NCBI GenBank assembly: GCA_965603825.1
Contig: CBFDEM010000013.1
Coordinates: 496,001-560,000, forward strand
Length of the DNA stretch: 64,000 bases
Direction: 5' to 3'
Source of the DNA: Blepharisma stoltei ATCC 30299
Lineage: Eukaryota; Protista; Ciliophora
Shown: positions 12,258 to 24,533 of the stretch, piece after piece
Numbering within the stretch: the stretch's first letter is position 1
How the letters are laid out: each line of letters starts with the position of its first letter
Translations under genes and position numbers: made by a program
Notes under the pieces: model-generated
Databases searched by the model: none
Told to the model about the DNA's origin: nothing
The model's input: the letters and a program-made list of their open reading frames with translations, nothing else

Positions 12258-14364
12258 ATTTATTTTTATCATTTATTTTATGCCAACCAACATTTATTCA
12301 TCGAAAAATACTAAACTTTTGTAATTTTAGCTTGAATGAACATTAATAGACTATTATAAATCTCACTAGTGATGAAAATACAGCTATAATTTTTATTATT
12401 TTGACTAATCACAAAAATAAACGGACACCTAGAAGTGAGCGTTATGAGAATCAAAACTTTCAATAAGGATATGAAAATTAAATCAAATTCTTAAAGACTA
12501 AAGATATAAATCTTAATGTTTGTATTTTAAAAAATTGATAATTCTATTTAAATAAGTTTTTTTGTTTGAAACAAGAATTATTAAGAACTTCATAAGGAAA
12601 ATTATAAAGCTAAATAAAATTTTATTATATGAGGAATGTTTGCAATTATCTTAAAATTTTCATAATTTTTTTTTTAGATTTTACTTTTAATCTAAAATAT
12701 AAGATGATCAATGGATTAAGCGCAAATTTATATATTCCAAACTATTATTTTATCAGAAAATTTCTTTTAACTTGTAAATATAAAAAGCAATAAAATTATT
12801 GTTTCTCATAAAATTCTTAACAAAGAAAAGATAACTATCTTTAGCAAATTTTTATTTATAGCAAATTATTTTAAAAACAATAAATTTTGAATTCTGGCAA
12901 CTAAGGCGAACTTTGATTCAAAATTTCTAATTTTTTATTTGCCATTTAAGTCAAAATTGTAATTATTTTATTTTACTAGTAAATTAAAATGCTGGAGCAA
13001 GGGTGCTTGATTATAGCAAATAAGTGTTTAGAGGCTGAAAGAAGAATTTAGCATTTTATACAGAAAACTATAAACTCAATACAACTGCAACTTAAATAGA
13101 AAATCATGATCTTAAATTAGATAAATAAATGATAAGAAAAATTAAATCCACCTTTGAAAAAGGTAGTTATAACCTTCAACCTTAGGTAAATTATCGATCT
13201 CTTTATATAGTTAATAGAAGCTTTCAAGTTGAATCCCTTGAAAGCCAAAAGAAATTGAATTAGCTATTTAATTAATTAAATAAAGCATTAATGATCTTTA
13301 TCTTGATATAGTCGCACACATAAAAGCGTAAAATCACAGCCTTTTCTTCCAGATCAGCTCGAGTTTAAGTCGCTTGCTACAAAAATAACCAAATCGAGTA
13401 GAAACAGAGTCTGTGAGTATTGGGTGTTTTTATCTTGCTAAGATTTACTTCCCTTGTCTAGATATGATAATAAATACGCATTTAATATTAAATAAAAATA
13501 AAAATACATTACGAAAAGGATTTATTTAGCATTTTTTAAAATTACTCACGGGGTGTCGGTATCGAATTGTGCTTGACCAAACAATTAGATTTTTGTTTAA
13601 GCACCTATTCAAGTTTAAAGTAGAACCAAATTTAATATCAGAGTTTTAATTATTTAATAGGATAGATATAGTGAGAAATAAATGCCAAGAATGCTATTCT
13701 TTTTTCTAGTTAACGAGTTTAATTTAAATATAAATATCCGTACTCTTTAAGTTTATGCCCGTTGCCTTATAAGTTATAGCCATTTATATCATTAAGTATT
13801 CTTAACTCAAAAAAATGCAACTATTTAAATTTCAAATAGTATCCTTACTATAGTAATAATTATTATTTTGATTTTCAAGTCCTTATATTATAGAAATTTT
13901 TATTGCAGGATCATATGCCTTAAAAAATAAAATAAAAACTACATTTAATTCTTCATTGATTTTTTTGCTTTTTTAAATTTTTATTTGAGTAATTTTAAAT
14001 TAGATTAATTTGAATTATTGTATTACGTCATTAGTTTAGTTGGACAAGAAAAATGGAAGCAATCTAAGAAACTATTATCGATTAAAATAGTTTCTGATTG
14101 AATTTTATATTTATTTATAATAAAGATTATGAGATAATTTACTAAAGAATTAATTCTGATATGGAAAATGCTTATTCATCAAATTTTTTATTAAACAATT
14201 TCTTTTGAGTAAGCCAATTAAAAGATAAATTATTATAATTAATTGCTCTAAAAGACAAATTTTAATCAGTAATTTGATCAGCTTTAAAACTAAAAATATC
14301 AGTTTCTGTCAATTATAAATATAAATAAAAAAACAATTACTCTTCGTATTTTTTATTACTAATT

Positions 14365-14895
14365 CTAATGATTATGACTGCAGACTTTTGCATGCTGGAC
14401 TAGTAAGTATTTGTTATACATGACTTTTCCACATTCCTCACAAACCACTCTTGTCGTCTTCGTGTGGACTTGCTTGACATGAAATCTGACTGCGTATTTA
14501 TGTCTGAACCTCTTTGTACAATGTGGACATCTGGCATTTTTGTTTTTTGTTAGGTGAATTTTCCCAACATGTTGCTTTAATCCTTTATGTTTTCTAAAAG
14601 TTAAATCGCAAAACCTACATTTAAAAATAGTTTTTGGATGATCCAACTTAGCGTCTAAAAGCATCTTCACTAGTGAAAAGACTGAATCGTCCTGGCCTTT
14701 TACTGTGCATAGAGTATCAATCTTGGAACCATGAGAAGAACCTTGATGAATGGTCAAGTCATCTTGTAAACAGAAGGATAGACAGCAGCTAGTGCAAGCA
14801 AACGTTGAAGACCCAAGTGGTTGAGTCGCTGATAAGAACTTTGGACTTGGGAGTCGGAGAGATTTATCGTATTTGGTGAGATTGGTCGTAAACAT
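14365..14895 (-). CDS. C2H2 zinc-finger protein, paralog 2
   Basis: Same architecture: LPSP, CTSC..H, CRFC..HVGKIH, CPHC..HVKQVH, CEEC..HAKVC. Confidence 0.92.
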   Translation of the reverse strand: MFTTNLTKYDKSLRLPSPKFLSATQPLGSSTFACTSCCLSFCLQDDLTIHQGSSHGSKIDTLCTVKGQDDSVFSLVKMLLDAKLDHPKTIFKCRFCDLTFRKHKGLKQHVGKIHLTKNKNARCPHCTKRFRHKYAVRFHVKQVHTKTTRVVCEECGKVMYNKYLLVQHAKVCSHNH

Positions 14896-16973
14896 ATTTA
14901 TTTTTAGCCTTTAATTTATTGGTATCCAACATTTGATTATTGAAATTGTTAAAATGATTATAAATACGAAGGTTTTTTGTGTATTTTTAATTCAATTAAT
15001 ATTGAAACTTAAAAAGATAAGTTTCTGAGAGCCATATTTTCAACCGTTCATAAGCTTTTGAAAGTTCTTCGCTGCTGCTAGGAAAGAGCTTAGTGCGAAG
15101 TGATCACTATTTTAAAATTTATCGTCCAAATTTAAGTGTGATGACTTTTTGATAAATTTATGTGAAAAAATTGTTAAATTTTAATAAGTATAAATATATT
15201 TGGAGTATATTTGGGTCATCTTATAAATAAATTTAGGTCAATTTGCTACATTTAAAAGATTAAAATTTTATATTTTTTAATAGATACTTCAGAGGATTCA
15301 TAAAATCAGTTTAAGATCGCTCTTTCATAGAATTATGAAGCTTAACCTTAGATAAGCCTAAATTCTGTCGCCGTTGAGTAGCTATGGTGAATAATCCATT
15401 TACAACTATTAAGAAATATGATAAATAGGCAAAACTCTATTTATCAAAAATTACTCATTTTATTTTTCTAGCAATTTTAGTTTATTTTTTTAAGTCACGG
15501 ATCTCTGATTAGACTCAATTGTGAAAACACTTCATCATAAAAAATTTTTGAAAAAAAATTATTATTAGTAAAGAATCAATAAAATAAAGCTCAAAATAAG
15601 AATATGATGAGATAAAAAAATAATACAGGTTAATCATAAGCTTCTTTAAAAGTTTCAATTATGTTTTCTTAATTTTTGAACTTTTAGCATCTTAAATGGA
15701 AGAAAATGGATGACCAAGAGCGTGGGTATCTATAGAATTTACCTTATAAGCATTATGTTATGAATTTACTCCAGCACATTTAATCTATCTTTTAGTTCAA
15801 AATTCTTAGATCATTCTAATTTCGAGAGCACCTTTAATTTTTTTTAATTTGCGTTGAATTTCTATTATGCAAATATAAATGCATTCATTGAGCTTATATT
15901 AATTATTTAATTAATTTAGAGCTTGGAGACGAAAAGAAATAAAGCTAAAGCTAAATCATAAAACTATAAATATATTCATAGTGTCTTATCTATTAAGTTA
16001 AAGGCCGTTTATTACCATCTTTACTACTAAGCTACAAGTCTATGCGCTAGAAAATTTCCTTTAAAATTTTTGCTTTGATTTATGAGTGTGACAAAGATAA
16101 ATCAAATTATTAATCTGTATTAACTTTCAACTCTGCTTCTAAAGAATTCTGATCTTTTTGGGGTCAAGATTATTTAAGTACCAAGTCTTTAAGGATTTTT
16201 GAAGTAAATTCTTTACAACTAAAAAGTTCTTCGGTATGTGCTTCTACTATTCTACTCCCGAGCAAAAGGTCTTTAAAAAACTAAATAAATTTAATTGAAA
16301 AATTTTTATTATAATTGAGATTCTGTAAATGGATCAGTAATATAAGAAAAAGAAATTATGACAATATTATATTATGATATTCTAGATACATACAATTTTA
16401 AGATATAATTAGCTTATTCGAAGCTATTATGCATGCGAAAAAATTAATTTTAAATTATTCTACCATTTCTCACTATCAAAAATATTTTTCAACTTAAAAT
16501 CTTAAAGGAACTCATTAGTTTTGTAATGTGCTGGAAATGCATAATTAAGTTCAAACATTAATTCCATAATAGCTTTTAATATTCATATATTCAATGATTT
16601 GACTATTGAAAAAATGAGGGCTGTTCATTATAAGAAGTATAAATAATGTTCAATAATATAAGAACTATCGATAAAATTGATTGTATTTATGAAATTTTAT
16701 TGCTCATGAGATCTATTTCTGCTGCTTTTCTATATAATTTAAAAAGAAATTTTTAGTATAGACTTCTCTTTGAATTAAAATAAAAAAAATGAAAATCTAT
16801 AAAATCTAGAAAAATTAAATAAATTGTAATAAAATTATCGTTAAATAACTTGAACTTTTTTTTACAGTTGATAAGCTTACGAATTGGCATATCATTATTA
16901 TTAGCAGCTTTTTTATATTATATATTATAATTTATCCATTTATAAAAAATGCTTAATAAATATTATAAAAAAC

Positions 16974-17486
16974 CTAAACCTTGCAACATCGTAAATGGTC
17001 ATTAAGTGTATATTTATTGTACATTGACTTCCCGCATCTTTCGCAAGAAACTCTTGTTGATCTATCATGTACTTGCCTGATATGAAACTTTAATGCATAT
17101 TTATGTTTGAATCTTTTATAGCAATGAGGGCACCTTGATCTTTTGTTTTTGTTTAAATGAACCTTTCCAACGTGCTGATTTAATCCTTTCTCATTGTCAA
17201 AAGTTAAACAGCAGTGCTTACACTTTATTAGAGACTGTGATGAGCGGTCATCTTCAAATATGTTCCTTAGTGGAAGCTGATTTTTTTGCTTTGGAAATTG
17301 AGACTTTCTATGACACAATTTTTTTGCAAGGCTTAGATGCAGCTCTAAGTCTCTTTTCTTACCAAAACTTAAACTACAACTACTACAAATATTCTTTTTC
17401 TTAGAAGCTGGTTCACACAAATACGGAAACTGAGGCCCGGGAAGCAAAAAAGGGATTTCTTGTCTGTCATTGGCAAGGTTTAACAT
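16974..17486 (-). CDS. C2H2 zinc-finger protein, paralog 3
   Basis: Same architecture: LPGP, CSSC..H, CKHC..HVGKVH, CPHC..HIRQVH, CERC..HLRCC. Confidence 0.92.
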   Translation of the reverse strand: MLNLANDRQEIPFLLPGPQFPYLCEPASKKKNICSSCSLSFGKKRDLELHLSLAKKLCHRKSQFPKQKNQLPLRNIFEDDRSSQSLIKCKHCCLTFDNEKGLNQHVGKVHLNKNKRSRCPHCYKRFKHKYALKFHIRQVHDRSTRVSCERCGKSMYNKYTLNDHLRCCKV

Positions 17487-17504
17487 ATTTATTTTTGGCC
17501 TTTA

Positions 17505-17945
17505 TTTTATAAAATTAATTGATGGCGTCCGATTTTATTGAAATATTATGCATAGACTCTATTTACTAATATCTTCTAAGGCATGGTTGAAAGCAATTAA
17601 AATTTATCTGCCTTCATTCCAGCTGGATGCTTATAAAAATCTTCGAGCTTAGATTTATGAATAATTTCATTTTGCATATATAATAAAATTGTCTCCTCGG
17701 CAAATAATTGCGAGTTAATAGACTATACAACAAAATATGATTAATTATTCTTTTCCTTAGAAGCGTTTTCGCATAAGCAAAAAGGTTTGTCACAGGTAGC
17801 TGAACATATTTCTTTTAAGACTTGATTTTATAAATAATTTGACGGTGCCGATTTTATTGAAATATTATGCATAGGCTATATTTACTAATGTTTTAGACGA
17901 TGACTGAAATAATTATTAGAAACATTGCTTCATTCCAGCAGGAAT
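17505..17945. repeat. Imperfect ~115-bp direct repeat (~17505-17620 and ~17826-17945) upstream of zinc-finger paralog 3
   Basis: Identical core CCGATTTTATTGAAATATTATGCATAG at 17529 and 17848, plus shared TATTTACTAAT and CTTCATTCCAGC. Confidence 0.85.
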
Positions 17946-18069
17946 CATATATTAACTTTCTTGAATTTCTATTCATTCTTTAGGTTAAAATTTTTTATTA
18001 TCAAAATTAAGAAAAAGAATCTTTCGATTTTTCACGAGCTTATAATAACCTCAAGCATTAAAGAATTAA

Positions 18070-18236
18070 ACGCTTTAACGGCTGCGGGCCTTGGTAATCC
18101 TTGCTTCTAAGAGCTAACCCGTGCTTTAGGTTTGTCTCCTTTTCTTAGAAAGCGGTATTTAAATGCCAGCCTCAGTTAGCAGGCTAACTGTATTTATGCG
18201 TTTGCCTCAAAACGCAATCCAGTCAAGTACTTGGCT
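18070..18236. ncRNA. Candidate structured non-coding element (unassigned)
   Basis: GC-enriched island with five consecutive inverted repeats and no credible ORF; no family recognised. Confidence 0.3.
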
Positions 18237-18951
18237 ATATAAATTAAGATTTATTATTAATAATTTTCCATAGTTGCATAGTAATTAAATTTCCTAAGAC
18301 TAATGACATACAGTATGAAATTAGACCTAAAACAAAGGCAATTAATAAGACAGAAAATTAATTTTTAATAAAATCTTAAAAGATTAGACATCAAGCTATT
18401 AAAATAATTTTTTTGAGAAGCCAATAAACGTTTTAATTGCGCCATAGTCTTGATTATTTGTATAATAAGGGCTACCTAAGTTTTATAACTCAAATTGTGT
18501 AAAAAGAAGTCTAAAAGAATATTGGTTGTGGGAGTGGCGCAGGTGGCTTTTTAAGCTGAAAATTGGAATATTTCACAATTTTATTAAATTCTAGCTTGCG
18601 AAAATAAAAAACTGTCATAATGATAAAATTTCTCTCATTTCTTATAAGGTTTGGCTTTCCCAAAGAATCCTTATCAAGACATATCAGTAAACAATGTAGA
18701 AGAATTACAACTTCTTGATATAATCATTTGGACACTTAGATGGTTTAGGATTTATCCGATCAACATACCGAGAAAGTGGAAATTTAGGCGGAGTACGTGC
18801 AGGAGCTGATGAACTCTTGATGGCAAGACTCTGAGTGAGATATTCTACTAGCTGGGAGTGTAAATTGTTTAGGAGTGTCTGTTCAAGTGAGCAAATAATT
18901 ACTCAAGAAACTTAAAAAATATGAGTAACACTGTGAAGAGCCCCATTATAA

Positions 18952-21024
18952 ATGGATCGAAAATTTGACTTTCCTTATGATCCATACAAAGTCCAGCTAG
19001 AATTTATGCAAGAGCTTTATAAAACTCTTAGCATTCAAAAAGTCGGCATTTTTGAAAGCCCAACTGGAACAGGAAAATCTTTAAGTTTGATTTGTTCATC
19101 TTTCAAATGGCTCAGCGACTTTAAAAATTCCTCCACGAATGAGGTGTCTGAGCCAAAAATCATATATACAAGCAGAACCCATTCACAATTAGACCAATTT
19201 ATTTCAGAAATTAAAAAAACAGTCTGAGCTTATGGTGCAAATAAAATCCATGTCGTCAGAGTAGGCTCAAGGAAGCAGCTTTGCATTAATACTGAATTGG
19301 AAGAGTTTAAAAATTCGCGTGAAATTAACTATAAATGCAAAGAGTTAGTAAAAAAGCCTGAAAATGATGAGGAAAGATGGAGAAAAAATGATGATGAGCA
19401 AAATTGTCCTTATTTTGATGGTGCCAATGATGTATGTGACCATATTAGTGAAAATATCTGTGATATAGAAGATTTGCTGCTGGCTGGAAGAAGAAATTTT
19501 GGATGCCCTTATTATGCTACAAGGCAAGCTATTGAAGAAGCAGAAGTGGTTATAGCCCCTTATTCGTCAATTTTAAACAAAAGGATTCGCAAAAGATCAA
19601 AAATACCTCTAGAAAACTCAATCCTTATTATCGATGAGGCTCACAACTTAACAGAGTCTATCATCAGCGCATATTCAGCTTCAATGCAGCTGAAGCAAAT
19701 AAAGCAGTGCATAAAGACCTTAAGTGCATACTACAATGAATATCAAAGTAGATGGAATCCTTATAAATCAGGAAAAATAAACGATGTTTTACAGTCCGTT
19801 AAACAATTTGAAAATTTCATTAAATCAGCGTTAAGGACCTCTAATAGAAAAGGATTTTCAACCCCAGTTAGAAACTTTGTGAGGGATTATGATTTGCATA
19901 GATATGATTATAAAGAAATTCTTGAATTCATAAATCTCGATGATTTAGCAAGAAAAGTTATGGGATATGGGGTGACTAAAAGATTAGCTTACGGTGACAC
20001 AACTTATTTTTACGCTTTAATTGAATTTTTCGAATGCTTCGTAAATGATCCTACAGATTCTTGCATAATTTTTGATAGAGGTGAAGAAGTTGGCGACCCA
20101 AGAATAAAATATTTGCTATTGAATCCAATAATTCCTTTCAGGTCAATATTAAGCTCAGTTCGTTGCGTTATACTGGCTGGAGGGACTATCGAACCTCGTC
20201 AAGAATTTTTAGAACTTTTTGAAGACATTCCGAAATCAAAAATAACTTTTTTCTCATGTGGGCATGTGATTCCATCAGAAAATTTATTGCTTTCTATTGT
20301 CTCGAGAGGCAAAAGTGGAAACCCATTCAGGTTTGTATTTGATAGACGAGACGATTTGGACATGATGGATGATCTTTATAGATTACTTGTTGATGTAAGT
20401 CAAGTTGTTCCTAATGGAATAGTTGTTTTTCTTCCATCCTTTAGTTTTCTTGGAAAATTAAAAAATCATATAGATTCTAATTATTTAAGAAAATTACAAA
20501 GATGTAAGCAATTATTCTATGATAATAGGAACGAAAATATATTAGATCAATACTCGAGATATGCGAAAAATGGAGGCGCAATGCTTTTTGCCGTCACTCG
20601 TGGAAAATTAAGTGAAGGAGTTAACTTTAGCGATGAACTGGGAAGGTGCATTATTATGGTTGGCTTGCCTTATTTAAATTGTTTTGATATAGAAGTTAAA
20701 GAAAGAATGAATTTCTTAGACTCAAAACTTAATGGGTTTACAGGAAGAGAATTTTATGAAATGAACTGCCAAAAAGCAATAAACCAATCAATAGGCAGAG
20801 CAATTCGGCATATAAACGATTATGCTATCATTTTATTAGTTGATGAAAGGCACACCATTTATCAGCGCCCATTATGGATGAGATCTAATTACGTTGATCA
20901 ATGTGAGGATGATCCTACAAATATAATAGGCTCCATTGAAGATTTCTTTGAGGATTTCAGAAAAGATAAACAAGAACAAAGTGAAGAAGAGCAAGAAATC
21001 GGTTATTATGATTATTTTGTTTAA
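18952..21024 (+). CDS. DDX11: Fe-S DEAH-box DNA helicase DDX11/Chl1 (~690 aa)
   Basis: [41 protein letters not shown] plus three further Fe-S Cys, [36 protein letters not shown]; joined through TGA 19225. Confidence 0.92.
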
Positions 21025-21025
21025 T

Positions 21026-21898
21026 TTAGCGCTTATCTAATTTCAAATTAATTTGCCTTCGAATTTTCCTAAAATCAATAGGGGTTTGAGTCCTATAAAA
21101 ATCTTTCTTAACCGTGCTCATAAAGTGATTATCCGTTATTTTCTGCTTCAGCAAGCTTTCATCAGGTTTTGTAGCTTTATCTATAATAGATGACTTTGAA
21201 AAATCTTTAAATTCCTTTTTAGACTCACTTTCTCTTATCAAAATTTCTCTCTCTTTTAATGTTTTCATTGAAATTAAATTTTTAATTTCTTTGTTTTTTT
21301 GCTGAGCTGCAAGAAGTTCATTAGAATTTGCTGGTTTAAAAGAATCCTTATAAGATGTTGATGAGCTTAGCCTTAGTCTCTCATCATTGTGCTGAACTCT
21401 TGACTGTTTTACATAATAAGGGTTATTAGTGCCTCAATTGAGGTAACTTGAAGAATAAGAAGTTTGCGCAAAAATATTAGACTGAGGAGGCGGCGTTGGG
21501 TAGCCCTTTGAACTGACTTTTGGAGGATTTTTACAAATTGGCTTGAAATCCTTTTCATTTGTAGTTTCATATGTAATTGGATAATGACTATAAGTGTTTT
21601 CAGCAGATCTTATTGGAGAGGTTTTAGCGCATTGGCCTTTAATAAATTCGTTTTTATATTGAGATCGATACATGGAGATGGGATAAGGATCGTTCAGCTT
21701 TGCTGGACATTTATGAGTGCCGCATGAGCATAATTCGCAAATGCATTGGTGGTTTTTATGGTCGTTTTCAGAAATAATCCCAATATTTGGATTTGATAAA
21801 GGACAGTCTTCAATAGAAGAGAACTTTCTTGGCAAATTTTTCGAAAAATTCGAAGAGTTTTGTGATAACGTTGCGAGCGAGGAAAAGCTTTTATTCAT
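21026..21898 (-). CDS. SAXO/STOP-domain-like microtubule-stabilising protein (~290 aa)
   Basis: CICELCSCGTHKCP motif then Mn-like units (SQYKNEF, TTNEKDF, TSYSSSY, TSYKDSF, STVKKDF); joined through TGA 21434-21436. Confidence 0.78.
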
Positions 21899-21921
21899 GC
21901 AGTTAATTATTTAATATCAAA

Positions 21922-24309
21922 TTAATATCTTTTTTTCGCAGCATTTTCGAGTTTTTGAGTTTCAACTCCAAGTTCTTTATAAACAGCTTTGAGCAATCTA
22001 GCCGACTCTTTCCAGCATTTTTTAAGCTCTTTGTTTGCTTTTATTAAATCTCTAATTTCTTTTTCTTTGATTTCCAATTCCACCTTCAACTGCTTTACTT
22101 CATCACTATTTACTTTTTCGGGTGATGGCTTTGTTTCTCCAATGCTTTTCCTTTCTGATTTTAATTTTGCTGCAAGTTCTTCTCTTTCTCTTTGCAGCTC
22201 GTTTAACGCTTCTTCAGTTTGTGTGATCATTTGGGTGATTTTTGTGTTATTTTCACTTTTTATTCTATCTAAAGTGTCGCGATGACGGTTTTCAATGATC
22301 TTTATCGTATCAGCTTTGTCTTTTAAAATTTCTTTAATTCTTTCATCTTTATCAATCAGCTTCAGAGTCAGAGCATTTTTTTCACTCTTTAGAGCAATAG
22401 TTTCCTTTTCGAGTTCTGTACATTTTACTTGGCAATCTTGATTTTCCAACTGGCTTTGTTTGGTTAAGAGCTGTATTTCTTCATTTGTTATCTTTGCTCT
22501 GTCTTCGTATTCGCTTACTTTAGCAATTGACAATTTCTCATTTAGTGACAATTCTCGTATTTTGATTTCTTTATCTTTAATAATATTTTGCATTACGATG
22601 GTTTCTTCTCTGCATTCTATGTATTTTTTATAGCTTAATTCTTTTTCTTCATGAAGCCTTGTGATTTCTTGCAATAAATGCTCCTTATTTTCTTTTAGGC
22701 TGTCTAATTCATTTTGCAGCTTTTCTACTTTGAATTTTATATTTTGGCTGCTAATAGCATTAAGCACATTTATTTGCTCTGTCAGCTCTTCATTTTGTGC
22801 AGTTAAAGTTTTTATGTTATCATTTGCAAAAAACATTTTTAAGCTATGCTCCTCATTGAGCATTAAAAAGCTTTCCTCAAAACTTATGCATTTTTCTTTG
22901 AGCTTTTCACATTTTTCTTGCAAATCACTTAAATGCTTATTAAAAACTTCATAATAGTCAGCAGTTGGGGCTGATATAGAAAAGCGCTTGCTTTCTTTGC
23001 GTTGATGTTCTACTTTGTTTGGCTCTTCAAAATAGTATTCAGAAGGGACTCTGTTTATTGAAGAAAAGCTTTCATCACTTACGACCGAGCTGCATTCGAG
23101 TTTTTTCTCATATTCTAATTCTTGGATCCTTATTTCGCTGAACTGAAGCTTATCTAATGATTCCTGGGCATGCTTTATCACTTGTTTTAGCTGCTTTTCT
23201 TTATTCTCTAATGCGAAATTAAGGCTACCATTCCTGGCCTTTTCATGCTCCAGCTGCTCTTTGTAATGCATCATTGACTTTCGTATAGAATTTATTTCTT
23301 CAACCTCTTTTTCAAGCTTGTACACTTTATCATTCAAAATATGGTTTTGCCTTTTGATTTCTGTATTTTCTCCTTGCAAAGTATTATATTTTTCGAATTT
23401 TATTTTATATTGATCCAACAATTTCTCTAATTCTTTCATCTTGCACACGCTTGAATGTGCCATGTCTAGTTCATCCCTCAGCACAGAGTTTTTTTTCTCG
23501 TACTCTCTGATGACTTCATTTATTTTTTGCTGCATAACCATCAATTTTTCATCTTTTTCACTTATTTTTTGATCAAATTCAATAGTAAAGTATTCTGGTG
23601 AGCAAGTGCCAGATGGAGATTTTCTTCGATAAATTTCAGTCTCAAATTCAGTGTTTTTCATTAATAGCTCATCCCTCTCTGTTATAATTTTTGTATTTTG
23701 GTCTGTAAGCTCTAGAATTCTCTCTTGCATTTCTTGGATCCTGTGGGCCATTTTTCGCTTATCGTCTCTAAGCTGAGCAATTTCTTTGTCTTTGTTAGAA
23801 CAATTGGAAGGGGAAAAACCACCAAAATCTTCCCCTATAGCTTTTTTTATGAAAAGCATAAGGATTATTTGGTGTTTTTCTTCAAGCTGCATAATTGGAT
23901 GTATGAAAGTTTCTTTCATAGGGCAGTTTATAATAGCAAATACAATAACTTCCATTAGATTGATCATATCGATAAAATCCGCTGTCCTAGCGATATTGGC
24001 GAGCTCTATTGATTCAATTTTTTCGTTTTGGATATGAAGTTCTTGGTCTAAATAGAGCTCAATTGCTTTTTTAAGCCTTCTTAAGTTTGCAAGCTTTAGT
24101 GCTCAGTTATTGTGCGCATCTAGAGTTATGCATTCTAAATCAAAATAATCAGGGGATCTAAATGGACTTTACACTTTAGACATTAATTCATAGAGTAGAA
24201 TTCCATCTGAAAAATCTGAAAGTCTTTCGCATTTTTTGCTTAAATTTAAAAGGTTCAGCTATATTATTCTTACTCATTGAACCAAGCTATCAGAGACTTG
24301 ATCATCCAT
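21922..24309 (-). CDS. Hook-family protein (~785 aa), two 15-nt introns
   Basis: Spliced N-terminus MDDQVSDSLVQWLN..DFSDGILLYELMSKVSPDYFD..NNWALKLANLRRL matches the Hook CH-like domain (both W=TGA); then coiled coil with LRDELD. Confidence 0.88.
24158..24172 (-). other. 15-nt intron (Hook intron 2)
   Basis: GTAAAGTCCATTTAG; retention creates an in-frame TAA. Confidence 0.9.
24259..24273 (-). other. 15-nt intron (Hook intron 1)
   Basis: GTAAGAATAATATAG; retention creates an in-frame TAG. Confidence 0.9.
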
Positions 24310-24533
24310 TTTAAATTATTTGGATATTAAATTCGCTTGTATAGACTATTTATTATAAAGACGACTCTATATATTCGTACTATCAACAAATATATAAGAA
24401 TAAGGCCAAAAATAAGCATTAAATAATTAGTTTTTTATTTTTATTGTAAATTAGATAAAAGTTCAGTTTAGAATTGCTAACCTATAATATGAGTCCATAT
24501 TTTCTTATAATTTCAAGCTCTTATAACTAAAAA

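Noticed and set aside
15067-15100. Small hairpin CTTCGC...GCGAAG upstream of zinc-finger paralog 2
   Set aside because: Single short stem, not shared with the other paralogs; plausible by chance
18114-18120. CTAACCC as a telomerase RNA template within the hairpin island
   Set aside because: Too short, and does not match the CCCTAACA repeat reported for Stentor and Blepharisma
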